Below, piece by piece: positions 18,786-29,360 of a DNA stretch of 64,000 nt. Position 1 is the first letter of the stretch, and every line of letters starts with the position of its first letter. The position numbers and the translations under genes were made by a program. This stretch comes from Pyrinomonadaceae bacterium (GTDB lineage Bacteria; Acidobacteriota; Blastocatellia; Pyrinomonadales; Pyrinomonadaceae): the NCBI GenBank assembly GCA_046313635.1, contig JBKBYA010000002.1, forward strand, positions 64,001 through 128,000, in the 5' to 3' direction. The notes beneath the pieces were generated by a model, which worked only from the letters and a program-made list of their open reading frames with translations, did no database searches and was not told the origin of the DNA.

Positions 18786-18876
18786 TTGTAAAAGACGTCT
18801 TGCTGTACTAGAATCTCAGCTTGCTGAAGATGCGTGGGCGACGTGTCGAGTGGGTTTCGCACCCACTTTTTATTTT
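18786..18876 (+). promoter_or_regulatory. sigma70 promoter and rimP-leader terminator-like hairpin
   Basis: TTGTAA-N17-TAGAAT (18786-18814); hairpin AGTGGGT-ttcgc-ACCCACT plus T-rich run (18849-18876) just before rimP. Confidence 0.7.
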
Positions 18877-18888
18877 GGTTTTGCGAAA

Positions 18889-19374
18889 ATGGGATCGGGA
18901 ATTTTTGACGACAGGATCAGGGAGATAGCCGCTTCGGTGGCGAGCGGGCTCGGCTTTGAATTCGTTCATTCGCAGATCGCCGGCCCCAAGCACAATCCTA
19001 CGGTCCGCGTCTTTATCGACAAGCCCGGCGGCATTACGATCGAGGACTGCTCGACCGCGTCGAGAGCCATCGAAGCGCGGCTCGATGAGGACGATTTCAT
19101 CCCGACGTCCTACGTCCTCGAGGTCTCGTCCCCGGGCCTCGAACGCGAGCTTTTCAGCATCGAAGACTTTAAGCGGTTCTCAGGCAAGCAGGCAAAGGTC
19201 AAGACCAACTCCCCGATAAACGGTCAAAAGAATTTCAGCGGCGAGATCGTCGCGGTCGAGGGCTCGGAGGTAGTGTTCCGAGACAAGACCAGCGGAGAGG
19301 TAAGGTTCGATCACGGAGCAGTGGCAAAGGCAAATCTGCTCGTCGATCTTGAAGAAGAATTAAGAAGGTCCTGA
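18889..19374 (+). CDS. rimP: Ribosome maturation factor RimP
   Basis: RVFIDKPGGITIEDC; YVLEVSSPGLER; upstream of nusA. Confidence 0.96.
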   Translation: MGSGIFDDRIREIAASVASGLGFEFVHSQIAGPKHNPTVRVFIDKPGGITIEDCSTASRAIEARLDEDDFIPTSYVLEVSSPGLERELFSIEDFKRFSGKQAKVKTNSPINGQKNFSGEIVAVEGSEVVFRDKTSGEVRFDHGAVAKANLLVDLEEELRRS

Positions 19375-19416
19375 CAGGCCGCATCGGCGGTCCTGCAGGC
19401 AAAGGCAATAGAAACT

Positions 19417-20910
19417 ATGTCATCGTCAATCGCGCAGAGTATCGAAATGTTGTGCAGCGAGCAGGGGCTCGATCGCAACATGGTGATCGAAGCAATGAAG
19501 GACGCGGTTCGCGCGGCCGCTCGCAAACAGTTCAAAGGTCACGACAAGACCGGTGACAACATTCAGGTCGACTGGAATCCGGAAGAAGGTCTCGAGATCT
19601 CGGCTCAAAAGGTCGTCGTGGCCGAGGTAGAGAATCCGTCGACGGAACTTTCGCTCGAGGAGGCGCAGGAGCTCGCCGGCGACGGCATCGAGATCGGCGA
19701 CATGCTGCTCATCCCGCTGCCGACCGAAGAGCTCGGCCGCATCGCCGCTCAGACGGCTAAGCAGATACTCGTGCAAAAGGTGCGCGAAGCGATCCGCGAA
19801 AAGGTCTACGACGAGTACGTCGACCGCAAGGGCGAACTGATCAACGGTACGGTCAAGAGATTCGAGCGCGGCGATATGATCATCGATCTGGGCGGCAACC
19901 TCGAGGCCGTCGTCCCGCGCAAAGAACAGTCCCGCGGCGAGACCTGGAGTCAGGGCGAGCGCATCCGCGTCGTCATCGTCGACGTCTCGAAGGACCAAAA
20001 GGGCCAGCAGATCAAGGCCTCGCGTGCCTCGGCCGATCTGCTCAAGCGGCTGTTTGAAATGGAGGTTCCCGAGATCTATGACGGCACCGTCGTCATCAAA
20101 TCTGCCGTCCGCGAGCCGGGTGAGCGGGCCAAGATCGCGGTCACGTCGAACGAGAAGGACGTCGATCCGGTCGGAGCGTGCGTCGGGATGAAGGGCTCGC
20201 GCGTGCAGTCGATCATCAAGGAGCTTCGCGGCGAAAAGATCGACATCATCGAATGGTCCGACGAGCCGTCGGTCTTTGCGGCGAACGCACTGTCACCGGC
20301 AAAGGTCTCCCAGGTACGCATCACAAATATCAACGACCGCGAGATGGAGGTCATCGTCAGCGAGGACCAGCTCAGCCTCGCGATCGGCAAAAAAGGACAA
20401 AACGTCCGGCTTGCGACGAGACTCGTCGGTTGGGACATTAACATTGTCAGCGAAGAGGTCCTCAAGAAGGAGATCGCCAAGCAGATGGGCCGTATGATGG
20501 CTTCGGGCGAGGCCGTTCCGCTGACCGCGCTTCAGGGCGTCTCGACCAACCAAGCCGAGCTTCTTGAGCAGAAGGGGATCACCGACGTCGAGCATCTTGC
20601 GGCCGCGTCCGTCGACGACCTTGTCGATTATCTCGACATCAGTCTCGACGAGGCCGAGAGCATAATCGTCGCGGCACGTGCCGTGGTCGAGGCAAAGAAC
20701 AGCGAAGGCGCCGAAGGCGAAGGAGAGGCCTCAGACGAGAGCTCCTCCGAGGCCAAGGCCGGAGGCGATGCGGAGGCGGCAGCTGCGGCCGAAGCCGACG
20801 AGACGGCCGGCGCAGACCCGGCAGCAGCGGACGAGGCGCCGGAGGCCGAGGCCGGCGAGAGCGATGAGACCTCCTCGCCCGAGGACGTTGAGAACGATGA
20901 GCAGCAGTAG
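19417..20910 (+). CDS. nusA: Transcription termination factor NusA
   Basis: GRIAAQTAKQ; DPVGACVGMKGSRVQ; LSLAIGKKGQNVRLA; acidic C-terminal tail. Confidence 0.98.
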   Translation: MSSSIAQSIEMLCSEQGLDRNMVIEAMKDAVRAAARKQFKGHDKTGDNIQVDWNPEEGLEISAQKVVVAEVENPSTELSLEEAQELAGDGIEIGDMLLIPLPTEELGRIAAQTAKQILVQKVREAIREKVYDEYVDRKGELINGTVKRFERGDMIIDLGGNLEAVVPRKEQSRGETWSQGERIRVVIVDVSKDQKGQQIKASRASADLLKRLFEMEVPEIYDGTVVIKSAVREPGERAKIAVTSNEKDVDPVGACVGMKGSRVQSIIKELRGEKIDIIEWSDEPSVFAANALSPAKVSQVRITNINDREMEVIVSEDQLSLAIGKKGQNVRLATRLVGWDINIVSEEVLKKEIAKQMGRMMASGEAVPLTALQGVSTNQAELLEQKGITDVEHLAAASVDDLVDYLDISLDEAESIIVAARAVVEAKNSEGAEGEGEASDESSSEAKAGGDAEAAAAAEADETAGADPAAADEAPEAEAGESDETSSPEDVENDEQQ

Positions 20911-20977
20911 TTGAGGCGGCGCGACTGGCGCTTCCGGTCCGGGGACGGGAACGTTACTCCCGTGGAAATCAAAATTT

Positions 20978-23677
20978 ATGGCAATTCGAAAAACAGTCCG
21001 GATCTACGACCTTGCACGCGAGCTCAAGCAGGACACAAAGCGCGTGATCGAGGATCTGCGCCGGGCCGGAGCGGACGTCAGCGTCGCATCGAACTCGGTA
21101 AGCGTCGAGTTCGCGGACAAGGTCCGCAGCAAGTACTTTCCCAAAGCCGAAGCCGCGCCAAAACGTACGATCAAGGTGATCAAGGCGACCAAAAAGGAGG
21201 CGTCCGACGAGCACACTGAGGAGACTCACGAGGCCCCGGCGGCCGAGGCTGCTCCGACGCCCGAGCCGGTCGAGAGCGCCGAGGTCCAGGCGCCTGCAGC
21301 GGCCGAGGCTTTGCCAAAGGCGGAAGTCGAAACGCCGGCCGCGCCGAAGGTTAAGAAGCTCGTCCGTGCAAAGCCCGAGGTCGTCGAGCAGCCGGCGGCC
21401 GCCGAAGATGCGCAGCCTCCGGCCGCGGCCGAATCGGAAGCCGTACCCGAAGCGGCGCCCGCTGACGCAGCGCGGCCTGAACCGCAAGCGGATGTCGCGG
21501 CCCAGCCCTCGGAGCCTGCAGCCGCCAAACCGGCCGGAACTGCGGTCAAGAAGCTTCGTCTCACGCCCGAGGCACTTGCCAAGGGGATCAAGGTCGGCGA
21601 TCGGATAGTGACCGACGTGCCGACCCGCGCCGGACGGCTCGAGGGCGACCTCAAGCGACGCGGCGAATTCAAGGGAACGCCGGGCGAGTCGACGGCGCCG
21701 CAGATGACCTACACGCCGCCGGCGGACAATCGCCGACGTCCGGGACGTTCGGGCGGGCGCAAGGGCAAGCCTTTCGACGACAAGGGGCGGTTTGCCGAGC
21801 GCGATCAGGATACGCCGCGGCAGCGCTCGATCGAGGAACGCGTTCTCGATCAGGTCGGCAAGGCGGTCGGCGCGGGCGAGATGCGGCAGGTACGTCTGAC
21901 CGAGGGAGCGACCGTCCGCGAATTTGCCGAGGCCCTCGGCATCACGCCGCGCGATATCGTGCAGCTGCTGATCAAACGGGGCGTCTTTGCGACGCTCAAC
22001 CAGCCGATCGGCGAAAAGATGGCGACCGACATGGGCAAGGATTTCGGCGTCGACGTCCGCTTCGTTCCATTCGAAGAGATGGTCATCGAGCAGGAGTTCG
22101 AGGAGCTCATCGCGGCCGAGGCCGACGATCTCGAGTTGCCACGTGCTCCCGTCGTCACTGTGATGGGCCACGTCGATCACGGTAAGACCTCGCTGCTCGA
22201 TGCGATCCGTTCTTCAAACGTCGCGGCCGGCGAAGCGGGCGGCATCACGCAGCACATCGGCGCGTACAGCGTCTTTGTCCCTAATCCGGATAACGCGGAC
22301 GAGCCGCGTCGTGTCGTCTTTCTCGATACGCCGGGCCACGAGGCCTTTACGATGATGCGTGCTCGCGGCGCCAAGGCGACGGACATCGTCGTTCTTGTCG
22401 TCGCCGCTGACGACGGTGTGATGCCTCAGACGATCGAGGCGGTCGAACACTCAAAGGCCGCGGGCGTCCCGATCATCGTCGCTATCAATAAGATCGATAA
22501 GCCGGACGCGAGTCCCGACAAGGTCAAACAGGGCCTCGCCGGCCTCGGACTTCAGCCGGTCGATTGGGGCGGCGATATCGAGATGGTCCCCGTATCGGCC
22601 AAGCAGCGCACGGGCATCGACTCTCTGCTCGAGACGGTGCTGCTGCAGGCGGACATTCTCGATCTAAAGGCGAGCCCGACCCGCCGCGCTTCGGGCGTCG
22701 TGCTCGAGGCCAAGCTCGACAAGGGCCGCGGGGCCGTCGCGACGGCGCTCGTGCAGCAGGGCACGCTGCGCGTCGGCGACCCTTTCATCGTCGGACAGTT
22801 TTACGGCAAGGTGCGTGCGATGTTCTCCGACCGCGGCGAGGCCGTGACCGAGGCCCCGCCGGCAACGCCGGTCGAAATACTGGGACTGCAGGGCGTGCCT
22901 CAGGCGGGCGACACCTTCCAGGTAGTTTCCGATATCGAACGCGCGCAGACGATCGCCGGCCAGCGGCAGATGCAGGCCCGTCAGGCCGCGATGGTCAAGA
23001 CGACCAAGCGCGGTATCGAGTCGCTCGGTCAGGCCGAGGTCAAGGAGCTGCTCATCATCCTCAAGGCCGACGTGCAGGGCTCGGTCGAAGTGCTGCGTGC
23101 GACGCTCGAGAAGCTCTCGACCGAGAAGGTCAAGGTCCGCGTCATCCGCGCCGGCGTCGGTGCGATCGCAGAATCCGATGTTTTGCTCGCTTCGGCGACG
23201 CAGGCCGACGACGCATCTACGGCGGTCGTCATCATCGGCTTCAACGTCCGGCCGGAGACGCGTGCCGCTGACCTCGCCAAGCAGGAGGACGTGGACATTC
23301 GACTGCACTCGATCATTTACAAGGTCGAGGAGGAGATCAAGGCCGCGATGATCGGCATGCTCGACGCGATCGAGAAAGAGGTCATTCTCGGCAAGGCCGT
23401 CGTTCAGGAGACGTTCAAGGTCTCGAGGGTCGGTACGATCGCCGGCTGCCGCGTCACGGACGGCGTCATTCGCCGCCAGGCCAAGGCCCGGCTCATACGC
23501 GACGGGGTCGTCACTTGGGAGGGCGACATCGCCACGCTCAAGCGCTTCAAGGACGACGTAAACGAGGTGCGCAACGGCTTTGAATGCGGCATCAGTCTCG
23601 TCAACTACAACGACATCAAGGTCGGCGACGAGATCGAGGCCTTTGTGATCGAAAAGGTGGCCGCGACCGAACTCTAA
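20978..23677 (+). CDS. infB: Translation initiation factor IF-2
   Basis: [40 protein letters not shown]. Confidence 0.99.
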   Translation: MAIRKTVRIYDLARELKQDTKRVIEDLRRAGADVSVASNSVSVEFADKVRSKYFPKAEAAPKRTIKVIKATKKEASDEHTEETHEAPAAEAAPTPEPVESAEVQAPAAAEALPKAEVETPAAPKVKKLVRAKPEVVEQPAAAEDAQPPAAAESEAVPEAAPADAARPEPQADVAAQPSEPAAAKPAGTAVKKLRLTPEALAKGIKVGDRIVTDVPTRAGRLEGDLKRRGEFKGTPGESTAPQMTYTPPADNRRRPGRSGGRKGKPFDDKGRFAERDQDTPRQRSIEERVLDQVGKAVGAGEMRQVRLTEGATVREFAEALGITPRDIVQLLIKRGVFATLNQPIGEKMATDMGKDFGVDVRFVPFEEMVIEQEFEELIAAEADDLELPRAPVVTVMGHVDHGKTSLLDAIRSSNVAAGEAGGITQHIGAYSVFVPNPDNADEPRRVVFLDTPGHEAFTMMRARGAKATDIVVLVVAADDGVMPQTIEAVEHSKAAGVPIIVAINKIDKPDASPDKVKQGLAGLGLQPVDWGGDIEMVPVSAKQRTGIDSLLETVLLQADILDLKASPTRRASGVVLEAKLDKGRGAVATALVQQGTLRVGDPFIVGQFYGKVRAMFSDRGEAVTEAPPATPVEILGLQGVPQAGDTFQVVSDIERAQTIAGQRQMQARQAAMVKTTKRGIESLGQAEVKELLIILKADVQGSVEVLRATLEKLSTEKVKVRVIRAGVGAIAESDVLLASATQADDASTAVVIIGFNVRPETRAADLAKQEDVDIRLHSIIYKVEEEIKAAMIGMLDAIEKEVILGKAVVQETFKVSRVGTIAGCRVTDGVIRRQAKARLIRDGVVTWEGDIATLKRFKDDVNEVRNGFECGISLVNYNDIKVGDEIEAFVIEKVAATEL

Positions 23678-23731
23678 CGGCGGACGAAAGGGCGAAACTG
23701 AAATTGTCTCGCCCTTTCGCTTTTTGGGTTT

Positions 23732-24103
23732 ATGCGACGTCCCGAGCGTTTGGCCGAAGCTTTGAAGGAGGAGATCGCCGAGGTCGTCGGCTTTGAGCTC
23801 GACGACCCGCGGCTCGAGACCGTAACGGTGACCGACGTCGAGGTCGCCCCCGACCTCCGCGACGCAAAGGTCTACGTTCTGGTCCGCGGAACCGACGCCG
23901 AGATCAAGGACGCTCTTAAAGCTCTGCAGCAGGCGGCGAGCTTCGTCCGCGGCGAGGTCGCCCGGAATTTGAATCTTCGATTTGCCCCGCATCTCCACTT
24001 TGCCCGCGACACGGCCGAGGAGAATGCGGCCCGGATCGGTGAGCTGCTCGAGGGCATCTCCGCCGGAGCTGACACTTTAGAAGGACCGGACGACCGATCG
24101 TAA
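23732..24103 (+). CDS. rbfA: Ribosome-binding factor A
   Basis: DPRL..VTVTDVEV.PDLRDAKVY; LRFAPHLHF; follows infB. Confidence 0.96.
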   Translation: MRRPERLAEALKEEIAEVVGFELDDPRLETVTVTDVEVAPDLRDAKVYVLVRGTDAEIKDALKALQQAASFVRGEVARNLNLRFAPHLHFARDTAEENAARIGELLEGISAGADTLEGPDDRS

Positions 24104-24136
24104 ACAAATCTCTCATGTCGTCTGAATAAATGCCTC

Positions 24137-25144
24137 GTGTTAAGTCAAGTAGTAGAGTTAATTGAAAAAAAGAGCAGGTTTGCGATAACCACTCACCACC
24201 GTCCCGACGGCGACGGTGTCGGTTCGTCGCTCGGACTTTGCTGGCTGCTGCGCTCTTTGGGCAAGAATGTCGAGGTCATCACCAGCGACGACATTCCCCG
24301 CACGTATCACGCTCTGCCCGGGGCCGGCGAGATCGTTCGGGTCTCGCGGATCGACCCGTCGGCGTACGACGCGGTATTCGTGATCGAATGCTCGGACATT
24401 GAACGGCCGGGGATCGAGGGGCTCGCAGATGCTTTCACGGTCAATATCGACCATCACGCGACGTGCGACAACTTTGGCACGGTCAACTGGATCGACCCGA
24501 CCGCGTCGGCGGTCGGCGAGATGATCTACAACCTCTGCAAGGCGATCGGCGGGCGCGTCACGCGCGAGATCGCGGAGTGTCTCTACCTCGCGCTCGTCAC
24601 CGATACCGGATCGTTCCACTTTCCGAATACCACCGAGCGGACTCTCAAGGTCGCGTCCGAGCTGATCAAGGCCGGAGTCAATCCTTCGCGGATCTCCGAG
24701 ATGGTCTACAACAGCTACTCGTGGTCGCGGATCTCGCTGATGAGCCAGGTGCTCTCGACCGTCAAACGCGACGCGAGCGGACGTGTCGCCACGATGCGGC
24801 AGACGCTCGAGATGAAGCGGACGGCCGAGGCCGTCGACGGCGACAACAACGGATTCGTCAATATTCCATTGGCGGCCCGAGAGGTCCAGGCCGTCGTCTA
24901 TATGCGCGAGACGGACGCAGGCCGCTATCGGGTCAGCCTTCGTTCAAAGGGTGAGCTCAACGTCGCCAAAGTGGCTGAACAATTCGGCGGCGGCGGCCAC
25001 CGCAACGCGGCGGGCCTCAAGATCGAAGGGACGTGGGACGACTGCGAGGCAAAGCTCGTCGCGGCCATCAATGCCGCCATCGATCGAAACGGCGGCTCGG
25101 CCGTCGACAGCTCGATCGGATCGAGCGAGCTGATCGCCCGCTGA
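24137..25144 (+). CDS. nrnA: DHH-family bifunctional oligoribonuclease/pAp phosphatase
   Basis: H.RPDGD; IDHH; TDTGSF; GGGGHRNAAG. Confidence 0.9.
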   Translation: MLSQVVELIEKKSRFAITTHHRPDGDGVGSSLGLCWLLRSLGKNVEVITSDDIPRTYHALPGAGEIVRVSRIDPSAYDAVFVIECSDIERPGIEGLADAFTVNIDHHATCDNFGTVNWIDPTASAVGEMIYNLCKAIGGRVTREIAECLYLALVTDTGSFHFPNTTERTLKVASELIKAGVNPSRISEMVYNSYSWSRISLMSQVLSTVKRDASGRVATMRQTLEMKRTAEAVDGDNNGFVNIPLAAREVQAVVYMRETDAGRYRVSLRSKGELNVAKVAEQFGGGGHRNAAGLKIEGTWDDCEAKLVAAINAAIDRNGGSAVDSSIGSSELIAR

Positions 25145-25223
25145 CGATGCTGATCCGAGAATCGGCGAGATCACGGCAGCAGCAGTTTCGGCAACGGGCT
25201 GCTGCTTTTATTGACGGGTACAG

Positions 25224-25805
25224 ATGAGCGAGATCAAAGAGAAGCGCTACAAGTGGCGCCGCGAGGACTATCGCGAAAACACCAAGGGCCTGCTGATGGT
25301 CAACACCGGCGACGGCAAGGGCAAGACGACCGCCGCGATCGGTGTGCTCGTCCGCGCGGCGGGCCGCGGAATGAAGTGCGCGATGATACAGTTCATGAAA
25401 TCGAGGTCCGATCGCTACGGCGAGCACGAGTCGCTCGATAAGCTCGGCATCGAGATCCACACGATGGGGGCCGGCTTTACCTGGGACACCAACGACAGGT
25501 CCCTCGACATCGCCACCTCGAAAGAGACCTGGCAGCTCTGCCGCGAAAAGATGCAAAGCGGCGAGTACGATCTGCTGGTGTTTGACGAGCTCGTTTACGT
25601 CCTCGACTACAAATTTCTCGATGTCGGCGAGGTGCTGGCCGAGATCGCCGAAGTGCGGATCGACCAGCCTCATCTGCACATCATCGTGACGGGCCGCAAC
25701 GCCCCGCCGGAGCTCGTCGAGGCCGCCGACCTGGTCACCGAGATGAAGGAGATCAAACATCCTTTTCACGCCGGCATATTCGCACAGCAGGGCATCGAGT
25801 TCTAG
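25224..25805 (+). CDS. cobO: Cob(I)yrinic acid a,c-diamide adenosyltransferase (CobO/BtuR)
   Basis: TGDGKGKTTAAIG; QFMK; G.GFTW; TGRNAP; ADLVTEM...KHPF. Confidence 0.95.
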   Translation: MSEIKEKRYKWRREDYRENTKGLLMVNTGDGKGKTTAAIGVLVRAAGRGMKCAMIQFMKSRSDRYGEHESLDKLGIEIHTMGAGFTWDTNDRSLDIATSKETWQLCREKMQSGEYDLLVFDELVYVLDYKFLDVGEVLAEIAEVRIDQPHLHIIVTGRNAPPELVEAADLVTEMKEIKHPFHAGIFAQQGIEF

Positions 25806-25811
25806 GTCGAG

Positions 25812-26372
25812 ATGAAGCACCCGATCGAGCGCCGCGAGGCACGCGGATTAAAAGATCATTTCGCACTCGCGGTGACGACCGTCTTCGGCGTCGGCTATCT
25901 GCCTCTCGCGCCGGGGACCTTCGGGTCGATCGTCGGCGTCGCGGTCTACTTCGGGCTCGAATATCTGCTTAAGTGGTCATTCGGCGTCGCTTCGCTCGGC
26001 GGCGTTTCGGAGACGGCGAGCGCGACCGTCAACGCTGCGGTCGCCGTTTGCTTTCTGGCTTACACGCTGCTCGGCATCTGGGCCGCCGGGCGCTCGACCC
26101 AGCTTCTCGGCAACAACGATCCGTCGGAGGCTGTCGTCGACGAGGTGATCGGCCAGTTGATCGCGTTCCTTTTCGTTCCATTTTCCAGCTCCTGGCAGAT
26201 GATCCTCGCGGGCTTTTTGCTTTTCAGACTGTTCGATATCTGGAAGCCGTACCCGATCGATTACCTGCAAAACCTTCCGGCGGGCATCGGCGTCTGCGCC
26301 GACGATATCCTCGCCGGCGTCTATGCGGGAGTTTGTCTCGCCATCCTTTACGCGATAGGTTTCTGGATATGA
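25812..26372 (+). CDS. pgpA: Phosphatidylglycerophosphatase A
   Basis: APGTFGS; DP...VVDEVIG; FRLFDIWKP.PI; ADDILAG. Confidence 0.93.
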   Translation: MKHPIERREARGLKDHFALAVTTVFGVGYLPLAPGTFGSIVGVAVYFGLEYLLKWSFGVASLGGVSETASATVNAAVAVCFLAYTLLGIWAAGRSTQLLGNNDPSEAVVDEVIGQLIAFLFVPFSSSWQMILAGFLLFRLFDIWKPYPIDYLQNLPAGIGVCADDILAGVYAGVCLAILYAIGFWI

Positions 26373-27100
26373 AGCTTCACGTGCTGCCGGGCGACGCCTA
26401 CGTCGAAGCGTTTCGCGAGACCGGTCTCGAGGGCGAGGTCGCGGTCTTTCGCGAGTGCTTTATCGAGGGCGACCTCGGCGGCGGCGATCTCGCCGAATTG
26501 TGGCGCGTGCGCGCGGCGTATCTTTCCGCGGCGTATCCGGAGCAGAACGACAGATCCTACCCGTCGTACGTCGTCGCAGAGATCGACAAGATCATTCAGG
26601 CAGCGCAGCAGGCGGGCGAGATATATCTCTGGTTTGAGTACGAGCTCTTTTGCAGCGTGAATTATTGGTTCTGCCTCGAGCTGCTGCGGGAGTCGAGCGC
26701 CGAGTTGTATCGCGTGTCGCCGACGGTCCGCAACGAGACGACGCGATGGCGAGGATTCGGCCGGCTTGCATCCGAGGAAATGCTCGAGTGCTGGAATGAT
26801 CGCGTCCGCCTTTCGGCCGGCGACATCGCACGGGGCGGCGAGCTTTGGCGTGCCTTCCGCGCCGGCGATCGGGCTCGCGTGCGCGAGCTCGGCGCGTACG
26901 AGTCTCCGGCCTTCCGCTATCTACCCGAGGTCGCTGCGGCGGCGAGCGATCTTGAGCTCCGCCCAAAGCAGATCATCGACGAGATCGCCGCGGCCGGAAC
27001 GCGCGACTTTGAGGAGTTGTTTGCCGAGTTTGCACGACGTGCGGGCGTCTACGGCCTCGGCGACGTACAGGTGAGACGGCTTATGGAGTCGGCGGAGTGA
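26369..27100 (+). CDS. DUF1835-like hypothetical protein
   Basis: ATG overlaps the pgpA stop; LHVLPGD, FRECFIEG, LWFEYELFC..N, YGLGD.Q motifs. Confidence 0.65.
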   Translation: MKLHVLPGDAYVEAFRETGLEGEVAVFRECFIEGDLGGGDLAELWRVRAAYLSAAYPEQNDRSYPSYVVAEIDKIIQAAQQAGEIYLWFEYELFCSVNYWFCLELLRESSAELYRVSPTVRNETTRWRGFGRLASEEMLECWNDRVRLSAGDIARGGELWRAFRAGDRARVRELGAYESPAFRYLPEVAAAASDLELRPKQIIDEIAAAGTRDFEELFAEFARRAGVYGLGDVQVRRLMESAE

Positions 27101-28178
27101 CGCCGGAGCCGTCAGCGTGCGTTGGTCGCGATCCGTCGCCACCCTCGTCCGTCGAGACATCTTCGTCTCCCGAGAATACCCAGCCTCTTCGCCAAAAATA
27201 GACCAGCAGCAGCACCGTGATCAGGGCCATCAGTCCGAGCGTCGCAAAGTAGCCGTACGGCGAGCGGAGCTCGGGCATATACTCGAAGTTCATCCCGTAA
27301 ATGCCCGCGATCAGCGTCAGCGGCAGAATGATCGCCGAAACGACGGCGAGCGTTTTCATCACGTCGTTGGTCCGGTTGGCGACGACGGCGAAGTGGATCT
27401 CCATCAGTCCGCTGATCAGGTCGCGGTAGTTTTCAGCAAGGTCCGAGATCCGCTGCAGGTGATCGTGCACGTCGCGAAAAAACGGCAGCACGTTCCCCGG
27501 GATCTGCGGGAACTCGCCGTGCGACATTCGATAAAGAACCTCGAGCTGCCGCGTCGAGATACGACGCAGCCGTGCGACGCTGCGGCGGATGTCCATTATG
27601 TCTTCGAGGATCGCACTGCTGCCGCGCTTGAGGTTGAGTACCCTCTCTTCGAGCGCGTCGATGGCGTCGTCGTATTCGTCGACGAGCGGCATATAGTGGT
27701 CGACGATGTTGTCGAGTATCTGGTGCAGCAGGTACGCCGCGCCGCGCTGGCAGGCGAATGGACTGCTCCGCACCTGCTGCTTGACGAGCTTGATGCTGCG
27801 AAAGCGTTCGGCGTGAAATGTGACGACGAAATTCCTGCCGAGAAAACCGTCAAGCTCCTTCGTGACAAAATTGGTCGGCGACGTTTCGTCGGGCCGCACG
27901 CCGTGAACGATGAAATAAAGATATTCGGGAAACGCCTCGACCTTGGGCTGGTTGCGCGTCTCAAGACAGTCCTCGACCGTCAGATGGTGAAACTTAAAGA
28001 CATCGAGCAGCAGCTCCTTGATCTTTGGGATGTCGGCCGGGTCTTCGCCGCGGATGTCGACCCACACGACATTTGACTCGTCGGAAAGAAGCCCGCGCAG
28101 GTCCGCGATGCTGAAGCCCTCCTCGACACGTTCGGCGCCTTGCCGGTAAACAAAGATCTCAAGAAATCCGTTGTCCAT
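27081..28178 (-). CDS. corA: Magnesium/cobalt transporter CorA
   Basis: VWVDI; FHHLTVED; N.VMK.L; IAGIYGMNF (GMN motif); MPEL. Confidence 0.96.
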   Translation of the reverse strand: MDNGFLEIFVYRQGAERVEEGFSIADLRGLLSDESNVVWVDIRGEDPADIPKIKELLLDVFKFHHLTVEDCLETRNQPKVEAFPEYLYFIVHGVRPDETSPTNFVTKELDGFLGRNFVVTFHAERFRSIKLVKQQVRSSPFACQRGAAYLLHQILDNIVDHYMPLVDEYDDAIDALEERVLNLKRGSSAILEDIMDIRRSVARLRRISTRQLEVLYRMSHGEFPQIPGNVLPFFRDVHDHLQRISDLAENYRDLISGLMEIHFAVVANRTNDVMKTLAVVSAIILPLTLIAGIYGMNFEYMPELRSPYGYFATLGLMALITVLLLVYFWRRGWVFSGDEDVSTDEGGDGSRPTHADGSGVTPPTP

Positions 28179-28265
28179 AGAGAGCTTGCGTCGCTGTGGG
28201 CGAGTATAGCCGATGGCCGGCGGCAGCGGCCAGCCCGCCAATTGTTGTATCATCGACGCGGTCCT

Positions 28266-29243
28266 ATGAACGATACGGATGTCAGTCTGCGGGTCATCGG
28301 CGTGTCGAAGCGCTTCGGCGAATTTGCGGCGGTCGACGATCTGAGCTTCGAGGTTCGCCGCGGTCGTGTCTTTGGCTTTCTCGGGCCGAACGGCGCCGGT
28401 AAGACCACGACGATCCGAATGATCGTCGGCATCACCGCGCCCGACGAAGGGCGGATCGAGTACGCGTTCTCGAGGGATGAGGGAGGAGGGATGAGGGATG
28501 AAGAGGGAGGGCGCGACTTTGATCCCTCATCCTTCATCACTCATCCCTCGTTCACCGATCGCATCGGTTATCTGCCAGAGGAGCGAGGGCTGTACAAGAA
28601 GCTGAAGATCGTCGACCAGCTCAAGTACTTTGCCGCGCTCAAGAACGTGCCCGCCGCCGAGGCAGAGCGGCGTATCGACTTCTGGATGGAGCGAATGAAG
28701 CTTGCCGAATGGAAGTCGAAAAAGACGACCGACCTCTCAAAGGGAATGCAGCAAAAGATCCAGTTCATCTCGACCGTGCTGCACGATCCGGACCTGCTGA
28801 TACTCGACGAGCCCTTCTCGGGCCTCGATCCGGTAAATGTCGAGTTTATGATCGAAATTCTGAGCGAATTCAAAACGCGCGACAAGACGATCATCTTTTC
28901 GACGCATCTGATGGAGACCGCCGAGCGTCTGTGCAGCGACATACTGCTTATCAACAAGGGCCGAAAGGTCGTCGTCGGCAGCCTGCGCGAGGTCAAGCAG
29001 AGCTTTGGCAAAAATCTCATCGCCCTGCGCGCGAGCAACGTCGACGGCGTGCTCGCCGACCGTTCGCTGGTCGAGGAGGTCACCGAGCACGCCGACGAGC
29101 TGGAGCTCCGACTCGCGGGCGGCTGCGACGCGCAGACACTCTTGCGGCGCCTCGTCGACGCGGGCGCGGTCATTTCCAAATTTGAGAAGCTCGAACCAAG
29201 CCTCAACGATATCTTTATCGAGCAGGTCACACGGAACGAATAG
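28266..29243 (+). CDS. ABC-2 type exporter ATP-binding protein, with an in-frame repeat-derived segment
   Basis: GPNGAGKTT; IGYLPEERGLY; LSKGMQQK; ILDEPFSGLDP. Confidence 0.95.
   Translation: MNDTDVSLRVIGVSKRFGEFAAVDDLSFEVRRGRVFGFLGPNGAGKTTTIRMIVGITAPDEGRIEYAFSRDEGGGMRDEEGGRDFDPSSFITHPSFTDRIGYLPEERGLYKKLKIVDQLKYFAALKNVPAAEAERRIDFWMERMKLAEWKSKKTTDLSKGMQQKIQFISTVLHDPDLLILDEPFSGLDPVNVEFMIEILSEFKTRDKTIIFSTHLMETAERLCSDILLINKGRKVVVGSLREVKQSFGKNLIALRASNVDGVLADRSLVEEVTEHADELELRLAGGCDAQTLLRRLVDAGAVISKFEKLEPSLNDIFIEQVTRNE
28471..28550. repeat. Inverted repeat built of 7-bp tandem units inside a CDS
   Basis: Left arm cgagggatg agggagg agggatg agggatg; right arm atccc tcatcct tcatcac tcatccc tcg; outer 11 bp are perfect reverse complements. 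Confidence 0.85.
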
Positions 29244-29279
29244 TTGAAAGCGGACGATCGAGAGCAGGTTTGCCACGTT

Positions 29280-29360
29280 ATGAGCGGGAGTATTTTGAGA
29301 GAGAAGTCTTACAAGTTTGCGCGTGACTATCGGCCGCCCACTATCAAGCATCACTTATGA
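29280..29360 (+). pseudogene. Possible remnant of a four-helix-bundle (23S rRNA IVP-like) gene, 26-codon ORF
   Basis: Reads MSGSILREKSYKFARDYRPPTIKHHL*; the first 14 aa resemble the 'I..EKSY.FA' N-terminus of four-helix-bundle proteins; stop overlaps the next ATG. Confidence 0.4.

Noticed and set aside
25224..25805. cobO as evidence of a cobalamin biosynthesis cluster or B12 riboswitch
   Set aside because: No other cob genes nearby, and the 79-nt upstream gap is too short for a cobalamin riboswitch; consistent with salvage only
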